A stretch of DNA of 64,000 nucleotides, taken from the NCBI GenBank assembly GCA_964016885.1, contig OZ024746.1, positions 49,414,001 through 49,478,000 on the forward strand. The letters run 5' to 3'. This document shows, piece after piece, positions 14,030 through 27,535 of this stretch. Both the position numbers and the translations under genes were made by a program. Positions within the stretch are counted from its first letter, which is position 1. Each line of letters opens with the position of its first letter. The notes beneath the pieces are model-generated. The model saw only the letters and a list, made by a program, of their open reading frames with translations. It ran no database searches and was not told the DNA's origin. The DNA is from Eledone cirrhosa (taxonomy: Eukaryota).

Positions 14030-17000
14030 CCTGTCTGGCCCTCTGGAGAATAGAGGAAATGTGTTTCCTTGAAAACTCGTATGACTCTAAAACCCGGTCC
14101 GCCTGTGTGGTTACATACAGACTAGCTGACACTCACTGTAAAGTGTCTAGTGAAAAGCTGAGTACATGTACATATGTATACATGTGTGTATTTATATGCA
14201 TACTAATACTTCCGTATACATATGTAGATGTACACTTTAACTTAATTGTTTAAGCGTCAGTCATACAAAAGTGAGTTAGAAGCGAAACGAAATTTAATTT
14301 CGTTTCGTTATTTGTTTTTATCTCATCATATTTATATTTTAATGGCATTTATGTCAAAAATGTCATCATATTTATATTTTAATGGCATTTCTGTCAAAAA
14401 TTTCATCATATTTATATTTTAATGACATTTCTGTCAAAATCTCATCATATTTATATTTTAATGGCAAATCTATCAAAAATCTCATCATGTTTATATTTTA
14501 ATGATATTTCAGTCAGAAATCTCACCATATTTATATTTTAATAGTATTTCTATCAAAGTCCTCACCATATTTATATTTTAATGACAATTCTGTCACAAAT
14601 CTCATCATTATATTTTAATGGCATTATTTTTTCAAAAGATTTCACCATATAAAATATTTGAATGGCAATATCTGTAAAACATATCATCTAATTTATGTTT
14701 TAATGGCATCTCTGTCAAAAATATCATATTTATATTTTAATTGCATTTATGTCAAAAATCTCATCATATTTATATTTTAATCGCGATTCTTTCAAAAATA
14801 TCATTTTTATATTTTATTAGGTTTTTCGGTCAAAAACACCATCATATTTATATTTTAACGGTATTTCTGTCAAAAATCTCATAATATTTATATTTTAATA
14901 GAATTTCAGTTAAAAGTCTCATCATATTTATATTCTAATGGTATATCTTTCAACAATCTCATTATATTTATATTTTATTGATATTTTTGTAAGAAAATTT
15001 CTTCCTATTCATATTTTAATTACATTTCTGTCAAAAATTTCATTATATTTATATTTTAATGGTATTTCTGTCTAGAATATCATCATATTCATATTCTTAT
15101 GGCATTTCTTTCAAAATATCTCATCATATTTATATTTTAATGGCATTTATGTCAAAAATTTCAACATATATATGTTAATGTCAATTCTGTCAAAATCTCA
15201 TGATGTTTATATTTTCAAGGCATTACAGTCAGAAATCTCATCATATTTATATTTTAATGGCCTTTCTGTCTAGAATATCATCATATTCATATTCTTATGT
15301 CATTTTTTTCAAAATATCTCATCATATTTATATTTTAATGGCATCTATGTCAAAAATTTCAACATATATGTGTCAATTATATCAAAATCTCATGATGTTT
15401 ATATTTTCAAGGCATTTCAGTCAGAAATCTCATCATATTTATATTTTAATTGTATTTCTGTCAAATTTTCATCATATTTATATTTCACTGGCATTTCTGC
15501 AAAAATGTCATGGTATTCATATTTTAATGGCATTTTTTCAAAAGATTTCATCACATAAATTATCACTATATTTATATTTTAATGGCACTTTTTCGAAAGA
15601 TTTCACCATATAAAATATTTTAATGGTATTTCTGTAAAACAAATCAACATATTTATTTTTTAATGGCATATCTGTCAAAAATATCATCATATTTATATTT
15701 TAATGGTATTTATGTCAAAATATCTCAATATATGTATGTTTTAATGGCAATTCTTTTTTAAATATCATCATCTTTATATTTTATTAGGTTTTTCTGTGAA
15801 AAATCTCATCATATTTATATTTTAATAGAATTTCAGTTAAAGGTCTCACCATATTTATATTTTAATGGCATTTCTGTCAAAAATCTCATCGTATTTATAT
15901 TTTAATGGAATGTTACTCAAAATCTCATCATATTACATTTAAATGGAATTTCTGTCAAAAATCTCATATTTATATTTTAATGGCATTTCTGTCAACAATC
16001 TCATTATATTTATATTTTAATGGCATTTCTGTCAAGAATATCATCATATTCATATTCTTATATCATTTCTGTAAAAATATCTCGTCATATTTATATTTTA
16101 ATGGCATTTATGTCAAAAATGTCATCATATTTATATTTTAATGGCATTTCTGTCAAAAATCTCATCATATTTATATTTTAATGGCATTTCTGTCAAAATC
16201 TCATCATATTTATATTTTAATGGCATTTCTGTCAAAAATCTCATCATGTTTATATTTTAATGATATTTCAGTCAGAAATCTCACCATATTTATATTTTAA
16301 TAGTATTTCTATCAAAGTCCTCACCATATTTATATTTTAATGTCAGTTCTGTCACAAAGCTCATCATTATATTTTAATGGCATTATTTTTTCAAAAGATT
16401 TCACCATATAAAATATTTGAATGGCACTTCTGTAAAACATATCATCTAATTTATGTTTTAATGGCATCGCTGTCAAACATATCATATTTATATTTTAATT
16501 GCATTTATGTAAAAAATCTCATCATAATTATATTTAATGGCAATTCTTTCAAATATATCATCTTTATATTTTATTAGGTTTTCGGTCAAAAACCCCATCA
16601 TATTTATATTCTAATGGTATTTCTTTCAACAATCTCATCATATTTATATTTTAATGACATTTTTGTAAGGTCATTTCTTACTATTCATATTTTAATTATA
16701 TTTCTGTCAAAAATCTCATCATATTTATATTTTAATGGCATTTCTGTCTAGAATATCATCATATTCATATTCTTATGGCATTTCTTTCAAAATATCTCAT
16801 CATATTTATATTTTAATGGCATTTATGTCAAAAATTTCAACATATATATGTTAATGTCAAAATCTCATGATGTTTATATTTTAAAGGCTTTCAGTCAGAA
16901 ATCTCATATTTATATTTTAATTGTATTTCTGTCAAATTTTCATCATATTTATATTTTAATGGCATTTTTGCAAAAATGTCATCGTATTTATATTTTAATG

Positions 17001-20000
17001 GCATTTTTTCAAAAGATTTCATCACATAAATTATCACTATATTTATAATTTAATGGGACTTTTTCAAAAGATTTCATCATATAAAATATTTTAATGGTAT
17101 TTCTGTAAAACATATCATATTTATTTTTGAATGGCATCTCTGTCAAAAATATCATCATATTCATATTTTAATGGCATTTATGTCAAAATATCTCAACATA
17201 TGTATATTTTAATGTCAATTCTTTTTAAAATATCATCATCTTTATATTTTATTAGGTTTTATGTCAAAAATATCATCATATTTATATTTTAATGGCATTT
17301 CTGTCAAAGATCTCATCATATTTATATTTTAATAGAATTTCAGTTAAAGGTCTCACCATATTTATATTTTAATGGCATTTCTGTCGAAAATCTCATCGTA
17401 TTCATATTTTAATGGAATGTTTCTCAAAATCTCATCATATTATATTTAAATGGAATTTCTGTCAAAGATCTCATCATATTCATATTCTTATGGCATATCT
17501 GTCAAAATATCACATCATATTTATATTTAAATGGCATTTATGTAAAAAATGTCAACATACATATATGTTAATGACAATTATGTCAAAAATCTCATGATGT
17601 TTATATTTTAATGGCATTTCAGTCAGAAATTTCATCATATTTATATTTTAATTGTATTACTGTCAAAGTTCTCATTACATTTATATATTAATGGCATTTC
17701 TGCAAACATGTCATCGTATATATATTTTAATGGTATTTTTTTCAAATGATTTCATCATATAAAATATCATCGTATCAATATTTTAATGGCATTTCTGTAA
17801 AACATATCATCATCTTTATATTTTATTAGGTTTTCGGTCAAAAACCTCATCATATTTATATTTTAATGGTATTTCTGTCAAAAATCTCATCGTATTTATA
17901 TTTTAATGGCATTTCTGTCAAGAATATCATCATATTCATATTCTTATGTCATTTCTGTAAAAATATCTCATCATATTTATATTTTAATGGCATTTTTGTC
18001 AAAAATCTCATCATATTTATATTTTAATGGCATTTCTGTCAAAAACCTCATCATATTTATATTTTAATGGCATTTATGTCAAAAATCTCATCATATTTAT
18101 ATTTTAATGGCATTTCTGTCAAAAATCTCATCATATTTATATTTTAATGACATTTCTGTCAAAATCTCATCATATTTATATTTTAATGCCAATTCTGTCA
18201 AAAATCTCATGTTTATATTTTAATGATATTTCAGTCAGAAATCTCACCATATTTATATTTTAATAGTATTTCTATCAAAGTCCTCACCATATTTATATTT
18301 TAATGACAGTTCTGTCACAAATCTCATCATTATATTTTAATGGCATTATTTTTTCAAAAGATTTCACCATATAAAATATTTGAATGGCATTTCTGTAAAA
18401 CATATCATCTAATTTATGTTTTAATGGCATCTCCGTAAAAAATATCATATTTATATTTTAATTGCATTTATGTCAAGAATCTCATCATATTTATATTTTA
18501 ATGGCAATTCTTTCAAAAATATCATCTTTATATTTTATTAGGTTTTCGGTCAAAAACCCCATCATATTTATATTTTAATGGTATTTCTGTCCAAAATATC
18601 ATAATATTTATATTTTAATCGAATTTCAGTTAAAAGTCTCATCATATTTATATTCTAATGGTATTTCTTTCAACAATCTCATCATATTTATATTTTAATG
18701 ACATTTCTGTCTAGAATATCATCATATTCATATTCTTATGGCATTTCTTTCAAAATATATCATCATATTTATATTTTAATGGCATTTATGTCAAAAATTT
18801 CAACATATATATGTTAATGTCAATTATGTCAAAATCTAATGATGTTTATTTTTTAAAGGCATTTCAGTCAGAAATCTCATCATATTTATATTTTAATTGT
18901 ATTTCTGTCAAATTTTCATCATATTTATATGTTAATGGCATTTCTGAAAAAATGTCATCGTATTCATATTTTAATGGCATTTTTTTCAAAAGATTTCATC
19001 ACATTAATTATCGTATTTATATTTTAATGTCACTTTTTCAAAAGATTTCACCATATGAAATATTTTAATGGTATTTCTGTAAAAAATATCATCATATTTA
19101 TTTGTTAATGGCATCTCTGTCAAAAATATCATCATATTTATATTTTAATGGTATTATGTCAAAATATCTCAATATATGTATATTTTAATGGCAATTCTTT
19201 TTAATATATCATCATCTTTATATTTTATTAGGTTTTCTGTCAAAAATCTCATCATATTTATATTTTAATGGTATTTCTGTCAAAAATCTCATCATATTTA
19301 TATTTTAATAGAATTTCAGTTAAAGGTCTCACCATATTTATATTTTAATGGCATTTCTGTCAAAAACCTCATCGTATTTATATTTTATGGAATGTTTCTC
19401 AAAATCTCATCATATTATATTTAAATGGAAATTCTGTCAAAAATCTCATCATATTTATATTTTAATGGTATTTCTGTAAAAAATCTCATCATATTTATAT
19501 TTTAATAGAATTTCAGTTAAAAGTCTCACCATATTTATATTTTAATGGCATTTCTGTCAACAGTCTCATCGTATTAATATTTTAATGGCTTCTGTGTCTA
19601 AAATCTCATCATATTTATATTTTAATGTTATTTCTATCAAAAATATAATCTTATATTATTATTTTTAATAGCATTTCTGTCAAAAGTCTCATGCTATTTA
19701 TATTTTAATGGCATTTCTATAAAAAATCCTATCATATATTTTGATGGCATTTCTGTCAAAAGTCTATTTATATTTTAATGGTATTTCTGACAAACATGTC
19801 ATTACATTTATATTTTATAGCATTTCTGTCAAAAAATCTTATCATATTTATATTTTAATGGTATTTCTGTCAAAATTCTCATCATATTTATATTTTCATG
19901 TCATTTTTGTAAGAACATATTTTCCTATTTATAATGTAATGACTTTTAATGACATTTCTGTCAAAAATCTCATTATGTTTATATTTAAACGGCATTTCTG

Positions 20001-22030
20001 TCAAAAATCTCATCATATTTATATTTTAATGGCATTTCTGTCAAGAATATAATCATATTCATATTCTTATGTCATTTCTGTAAAAATATCTCCTCATATT
20101 TATATTTTAATGGCATTTATGTCAAAAATGTCATCATATTTATATTTTAATGGCATTTCTGTCAAAAATCTCATCATATTTATATTTTAATCACATTTCT
20201 GTCAAAGTTCTCATTACATTTATATATTAATGGCATTTCTGAAAAAATGTCATCGTATACATATTTTAATGGCATTTTTTTCAAATGATTTCATCATATA
20301 AAATACCATCGTATTAATATTTTAATGGCATTTCTGTAAAACAAATTACCATCTTTATATTTTATTAGGTTTTCTGTCAAAAACCTCATCATATTTATAT
20401 TATAATGGTTTTCCTGTCAAAAATATTATCATATTTATATTTTAATGTCATTTCCGTCAACAATCTCATCATATTTATATTATTAATGGCTTTTGTCTCA
20501 AAAATCTCATCATATTTATATTTTAATGGCATCTCTGTCAAAAATATCATCATATTTATATTTTAATGGTATTTATGTCAAAATATCTCAATATATGTAT
20601 ATTTTAATGGCAATGCTTTTAAAAATATCATAATCTTTATATTTTATTAGGTTTTCTGTCAAAAATCTCATCATATTTATATTCTAATGGTATTTCTGTC
20701 AAAAATCTCATCATATATATATTTTAATAGAATTTCAGTTAAAAGTCTCACCATATTTATATTTTAATGGCATTTCTATCAAAAATCTCATCGTATTTAT
20801 ATTTTAATGGAATGTCCCTCAAAATCTCATCATATTATATTTAAATGGCATTATTGTCAAAAATCTCATCATATTTAAATTTTAATGGTTTAGCTGTAAG
20901 AAATATCAACATATTTATATTTTAATGGCATTTCTATCAACAATATCATCATATTTATATTTTAATGTCTTTTGTGTCAAAAATTTCATCATATTTATAT
21001 TTTAATGTTATTTCTATCAAAAATATTATCATATATTATCATTTTTAATGGCATTTCTCTCCAAAGTCTCATGCTATTTATATTTTAATGGCATTTCTAT
21101 CAAAAATCTTATAATATATATATTTTGATGGCATTTCTGTCAAAAGCCTTATGCTACTTATATTTTAATGGCATTTCTGACAAAAATCTCATGACGTTTA
21201 TATTTTAATGGCATTTCAGTCAGAAATCTCATCATATTTATATATTAATTGTATTACTGTCAAAGTTCTCCTTATATTTATATATTAATGGCATTTCTGC
21301 AAAAATGTCATCGTATATATATTTTAATGGCATTTTTTTCAAATGATTTCATCATATAAAATATCATCGTATTAATATTTTAATGGCATCTCTGTAAAAC
21401 ATATCATCATTTTTATATTTTATCAGGTTTTCTGTCAAAAACCTCATCTTATTTATATATTAATGGTATTTTTGTCAAAAATCTCATCATATTCATATTT
21501 TAATAAAATTTCAGTTAAAAGTCTTATCATATTTATATTTTAATGGCATTTCTGTCAAAAATCTCATCGTATTTATATTTTAATGGCATTTCTGTCAAGA
21601 ATATCATCATATTCATATTCTTATGGCATTTCTGTCAAAATATCTCATCATATTTATATTTAAATGGCATTTATGTAAAAAAATGTCAACATATATATAT
21701 GTTAATGACAATTATGTCAAAAATCTCATGATGTTTATATTTTAATGGTATCTCAGTCAGAAATCTCATCATATTTATATTTTAATTGTATTACTGTCTA
21801 AATTCTCATTACATTTATATATAAATGGCATTTCTTCAAAAATGTCATCGTATATATATTTTAATGGCATTTTTTTCAAATGATTTCATCATATAAAATA
21901 TCATCGTATTAATATTTTAATGGAATTTCTGTAAAACATATCATCATCTTTATATTTTATTAGGTTTTCTGTCAAAAACGTCATCATATTTATATTTTAA
22001 TGGCATTTATGTTAAAAATGTCAACATATA

Positions 22031-22266
22031 TTTAGCAGTATTAGTTGTAGATGTTATCGAGACACGAGTGACATAATAATTATTTCAACAGCAGAAATTA
22101 GAGATGAAATATACGTTTATTTTTTTGATGTAGCACAAACAATGGTGTTGTACAGAGGCTGGTTTCTGGCGTGTGTTCAGTCGGCTTTTCAGTGGCTGTC
22201 TGTCTTTTCTTTCTGGCGTTCTCAACCGGCGTTGTTCTATCAAGGAGCGTGAGGCGTCTTACTACA
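22031..22266 (-). repeat. 3' LTR (236 bp)
   Basis: Matches 27300-27535 except one substitution (22063 c vs 27332 t). Confidence 0.95.
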
Positions 22267-22483
22267 GTACCTCGAGCCAGATTTTCAAATTATCGAAAAT
22301 CGATGTCATTACTCACATGTGGAGTAAGATGGCGAACAATGCAATAAGGGGGAGCTATCCGCTCTAGCAAAAATTGAATCCAGAATAAGGATTTGAAAAA
22401 TGTTAAAAAAAAAACGACATGCATGCATAAAAAAACAAGGCAAAGAAAAAGCAGAGGCAAAAAAAAGGTGCAGCTAACATAGT

Positions 22484-25400
22484 CTAAATATAGACGGTGC
22501 TGCAAAATTTTTTGGGCCAGTGGACCCTACGACCTGAACGGGTCGTGGTCTTGTAACGTGGCGATGGTGGTGGTGTAAGGACAGGCGATGATGGTGGTTC
22601 AGGAACAGTCGTTCGCTCAACAGGCAAATACGAAGGGGTTCGTGGATCAGGAACCACAACGTCCGTATCAAGGTGCGCCTGCTTAAGCCTGTCTAATGTA
22701 ACTGTCACTCTGGACCCCTTAATATCTAACGTGAAATGCTTAGCCGAGCGCGCTAAGACACGGTAAGGTCCAGTGTAAGGCTGTGTGAGCGGGGGCTTCA
22801 CCGTATCATTCCTTACAAAGACATGCGTCCACGAGGCAATATCCCTCGGGACAGCAGTCTTGACAGTTTGTTTCCTAGTGTCCATTGGCGGCAAATCCTG
22901 GAAATAGGAGCGCAAACAGGACACGTAGGAAGCGTGATCTTGGGCATCAAGATCGATAGGGGCAAGCATTTGCCCGGGCAACGTCAGAGGGGCACCGTAC
23001 AGTACTTCGGCCGGTGAAAATCCAAAGTCGACCTTCACCGTTGACCGAATCCCTAGTAGCAAAATAGGGAGGTACTCGCTCCAATGCGCCGAATCCATTG
23101 AGGCCATTAAGGAGGCCTTCAGTTGGCGGTGAAAACGCTCCACCATACCATTCGAAGCGGGATGGTATGCCGTAGTTCTAATGCGTTTAGCACCAATTAA
23201 TTTTGACAGCTCGAGGAAAAGGCTCGAGGAAAAGGCTCGACTCGAACTGTCGTCCACGGTCGGTAGTTATTGTGGATGGAACTCCATAATGAGAGATCCA
23301 TCCAGACACAAGAGCACGTGTTGTTGTCTTCGCGGTGATGTTTTTCAAGGGGATGGCCTCAGGCCATCTCGAAAAACGGTCAATGACAGTAAGTAGATAA
23401 GAAAAACCATCGCTGACAGGCCAAGGTCCCACTATGTCAATATGAATATGCGAAAAACGCGCATCTGGGTTAGCAAAGGTACCCAGGGGAGCCTTGACGC
23501 GTCGATGGACCTTTGATCTCTGGCAAGCGACGCAGGAACGGCACCAAGCAGCAATTTCACGCCTCATATTTGGCCAGAAAAATCTAGCTGATATGAGCTT
23601 TGCTGTGGCAGAAGATCCTGGATGCGAGATACAATGTAATCCCAGAAACACGGTCCGACGATGATTCTCTGGAACGAACGGCCTAGGCACGTCCAAAGAG
23701 ACGTCGCAGAGAATTTGGCCAACTGCAGTCGACAGAGGCAAGTATTTCATCTCGCAATTCGCAAACTCGGGCGATGTGACATCCAGTGACTCAAGGGGAG
23801 GCTGATCCGCAGCCAAACGAGTCAGATCTATGTCAGAGGGTGACGAGATCGCTGTCACGGGTAAGCGGGACAAAGCATCGGCCGCTGTATTTAGTGAACC
23901 CGGAATGTGCTGGATATCACTCGTATATTGCGAGATGAAATCAAGGTGTCTCGTCTCTCTGGGCGAGTATTTATCAGCCTTCGCTCTCAAAGCAAAAGTC
24001 AATGGTTTATGGTCAGTGAGGATAGTAAATTGTCTACCCTCTAGCACATGTGAAAAATGTTTCACGGCCAAATAGATGGCTAAAAGCTCTCTTCCAAAGG
24101 TGCTGTAGCGCGTCTCAGCAGGATTTAGCTTTTTGGAAAAAAACTCCAGCGGTTGCTGGTAATCGTTGATGTTTTGCTGTAGTGCTGCGCCCACAGCGAT
24201 ATCCGATGCATCAACACAAAGCGTTAGCTTTGCACCGGGTACCGGGTGAGTCAGTAACGAAGCATTAGCCAAAACAGTTTTGGCGTGCTGAAAATCAGCA
24301 AGTTGAGTGTCTGTCAAAGAAATATCTTTGTTCTTCCTCCGACAATTTTTCAAAATTTCTGTCAGGGAGAAAAGCAATTGTACACAATTTGGCACGAAAC
24401 GCCTATAAAAGTTAACCAGACCTAAGAACTGGCGTAACTGACGTAGTGAGGTCGGTGGAGGCAAATCCTCTATGACCTTAACTCGCTCAGGCCGGGGTCG
24501 AATTCCGTCAGCATCGATGACGTGACCCAAGAAAGTCAGTGACTCAGCGCCAAAAACACATTTGGGTGCATTAAGCTGCACGTTATACGCCTTCAATCGG
24601 CGGAAAAGAAGATTCAAATGGTGCGTATGCTGCTCTGGAGAAGAACTAGCAATGAGCAGATCGTCAATATAGGTATAGACGAAATCGAGGCCGCGAGTAA
24701 CCTCATCCATAAACCGCTGAAAAGTACTAGCGGCATTCCTTAATCCGAACGGCATAGTCAAAAACTCGAAAGACCCAAATGGCGTAACTATAGCCGTTTT
24801 TGGAATGTCATTTTTATGGACAGGAATTTGATGGTACGCACGAATTAAATCCAGTTTGGAGAATATCTTGCATCCCTGCAACGAAGACGCAAAGTCTTGC
24901 AGATGAGGGATAGGATAACGGTCCGGGACCGTTATCGAATTCAGGCGTCGATAATCTCCAGTAGGTCTCCAATCGCCATTCGCTTTCGGTACCATGTGTA
25001 ATGGGGACGCCCACGGGCTCGTGGACGGACGAATAATCCCCATTTGCAGCATATGATCAAATTCTGATCGTGCTGCTTTGAGTTTGTCCGGAGGCAAGCG
25101 ACGAGGACGAGAGAAAACGGGAGCACCAGTTGTAGATATGATGTGCTCCGTGGTATAAGTTGGTTCATCAAATCGAAAATTTCCCCGAGTCAGTTGCGGG
25201 AACGAGTTCAACAACGCATGGAAAGGATCACCGGTGTTAGCAAGAAAAAATGTCGGACTAACCGTTGGAACTCCTGCTGCCTTGCCAACAACAGTTAATC
25301 CCGTGATGCCATCAATTAGGCGTTTACCACGAAGGTCCACCGTCAATGAAAAATGGTGGAGAAAATCCGCGCCTAGAATCGGATACGGCAAGGCAGCGAC

Positions 25401-25690
25401 AGTAAATATCCATTTAAGCTCGCGCCACAGATTACGAAACTGCAAAGGTAACGAGATTTGTCCGAAAGTTCGAATCGGCGAACAATTTACTGCCTGCAAC
25501 TCAATAGGCGTCTCAGGGGAGTCTCCTTCATACAACACACAGGCCATACGGAACAAGCTGCACCTGTGTCAACCAGAAAAGCTCTACCTGACAGCAGGTC
25601 CTCAATGAAAAAGTGGCGGTTAGATGTTGTTTCGCAGAGCGCACTATCCGTCGTTAGTGACTCTGGTCGTCTTTTCCCTCGTAAGCACAA
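22484..25690 (-). pseudogene. pol: pol (protease-RT-RNase H-integrase) split over three frames
   Basis: FLVDTGA protease (ORF 25487-25690); RT YIDD, RNase H VDAS and IN HHCC/DD (ORF 23187-25556); IN ERFHRQLK and GPY (ORF 22484-23257). Frameshifts at the G-run 25516-25519 and a 13-bp duplication at 23210-23235. Confidence 0.93.
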
Positions 25691-26431
25691 GGAGGCCTAC
25701 AACGGGCGGCTTTTTTACCATATCTTTCATGGTAATAACAATATGGTGTTCCTGGTGTGTTGGAAGGGCTACGGTGGCGAGAAGTTGAATAACGTCGTGA
25801 GCGGCTCCTCTGCCGTCCAAAGGACCTGAATTCCGTGCACAACTCCGCCATTTGACGAGTCATGGCTTCCATAGTGGTGATTAATTTGTCATCAGACGCT
25901 GATGAGCGTGATTGAGGAAGAGAAGAGGAAGCAACGTACTTTGGCTTCGAAGTGCCTCTCTTCGTCACCTCTACAATTTTGTCAGCAGAGACAGCAATGT
26001 GATCCAGAGTATTCACCTCCAGCATATGGGCTAGGATCGCCTGTACCTCTTGAGGTAGGCGAGAGAAGAACAATTGCTTCAGGAAAGGGCTATCCTGATC
26101 TTGGGAATCGCTCAAATCCCGCAAATGCCGGAGAAAAGCGGTAGAGGTCCTGTCACCTAATCGTTCGTCCTCGATCAGTGACCGAAAACGACTCTCTACC
26201 GACTTACAATTCCTCCTCAAAATCTCGCCCTTCAAAAACTCATACGTCAAGTCAGAGGGGGAGGTCTCTAATTAGGTCTTGGACCGAATCTGCTAGATTA
26301 GGGGGAAGGCCGCTAATCAGTACAGCGAGGCGCTGGTCAGATTCGGTCTTACAGACCGTAAAATACGCCTGTAACTGGGCAAACCACATCTTTGGTTTTC
26401 CAGTAAAGGCGGGCAAATGTGGTACATTCAT
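25654..26431 (-). pseudogene. gag: gag with a 1-nt frameshift
   Basis: ATG at 26431 reads MNVPHLPAFTGKPKMWFAQLQAYF...DLP, then shifts in the G-run at ~26257-26261 into ORF 25654-26250, which ends in the CHCC knuckle. Confidence 0.88.
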
Positions 26432-27285
26432 GTCAACTTTTAAAATTAAAACAAATATATATACCTATATATCTAAAGAGCAATTAATGTACCCTTGTAC
26501 AGTAAAAATAGAACAGCCAATATTGAGAAAAAGTTAAAGGGCAAAAAGAAACAGACATTCAAAACATAAGGAAATATGCAAAATACATAAAATACAGATA
26601 TATATCTTTTAAAAAAAAATTTCCTTCAACGTCTGTCCCCTCGCGTTGCTTCAACGAAACAGCCAAATCAAATAAGGTAAAAAAGAGGAGGAAAAAAATG
26701 TTTTTTTTTAAAAATATATCCGCGTTGGATATCAACAAAGGTAGCCAGTGGCTAAAAATCCCTTAGAAAAAGGTAAGGCATGTATATCCCCATGCGGGGC
26801 AGTTATGTTCACAAAAAAAAGTTTAGTCTCTTCTCTCTTGATCAGTCATGGAACACATACGCAATTCAAAAAATGTGTCCGTTACAAAACTGGGAAGGAA
26901 CGCAAGGCCACCTTGGAAAAATACACTTTTTTCTTTTTTCTTCTGTAAGTTGCGAAAAAGTTGGCAACGGAAATGAAATATTCAAGTGAATAAAAAAAAG
27001 TTGCTCTAAATTATCGACACGAATGAATCGTTTTGATATTTCCGATGTGTGGTGGTTTGCGTGGCCACTCACTATTCCCTGTTTTGGTCAGTGGTTAAAC
27101 AATGTTGTCGCTGCTGCTGCTGTCGTTGTTGTTGTCGAGTGTAGCAAAAAGTTTTTTGAAATACTACTAATTTTTCGATACTTTTAAAAGGAATATTTTT
27201 TATTTTCGCAAGTTGCGAAAAAATGGCCGGCAATGTGGCAATAAAAGTTCAATTGAATGAAAACGAAGGGCTGCGTTAAATTCTT

Positions 27286-27298
27286 ACGTCGGTCACCA
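27286..27298 (-). promoter_or_regulatory. Primer-binding site, tRNA-Trp-like (TGGTGACCGACGT)
   Basis: 1 nt after the 5' LTR. Equals the tRNA-Trp PBS TGGTGACCCCGACGT minus two C. Confidence 0.75.
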
Positions 27299-27299
27299 C

Positions 27300-27535
27300 T
27301 TTAGCAGTATTAGTTGTAGATGTTATCGAGATACGAGTGACATAATAATTATTTCAACAGCAGAAATTAGAGATGAAATATACGTTTATTTTTTTGATGT
27401 AGCACAAACAATGGTGTTGTACAGAGGCTGGTTTCTGGCGTGTGTTCAGTCGGCTTTTCAGTGGCTGTCTGTCTTTTCTTTCTGGCGTTCTCAACCGGCG
27501 TTGTTCTATCAAGGAGCGTGAGGCGTCTTACTACA
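27300..27535 (-). repeat. 5' LTR (236 bp), TGTAG...CTAAA
   Basis: Direct repeat of 22031-22266, adjacent to the PBS. Confidence 0.95.

Larger units (their letters stand above)
13584..14318 (+). mobile_element. Non-coding hammerhead-containing retrozyme / PLE pseudo-LTR-like insertion; 469-bp unit, ~1.5 copies, 5' inversion
   Basis: 13675-13849 is repeated directly at 14144-14318. 13584-13675 is the reverse complement of 14054-14145 (2 mismatches). Contains an intact hammerhead core. No clear TSD. Confidence 0.85.
22031..27535 (-). mobile_element. Ty3/Gypsy LTR retrotransposon, CsRn1-like lineage, full-length but frameshifted
   Basis: Two 236-bp LTRs; gag with C-x2-H...C-x3-C (CYYH...CRPPC) motif; PR-RT-RH-IN order; tRNA-Trp-like PBS; probable 4-bp TSD TATA (22027-22030 / 27536-27539). 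Confidence 0.95.

Noticed and set aside
22343-22358. AATAAGGGGGGAG purine run as the LTR element's PPT
   Set aside because: It is on the wrong strand for a minus-strand element and ~80 nt from the LTR.
25899-25930. CTGATGA in antisense gag
   Set aside because: No stem II, GAAA or stem I partner; chance match.
22823-26537. Plus-strand ORFs overlapping gag/pol
   Set aside because: Antisense shadows of the retroelement coding region, with no motifs.
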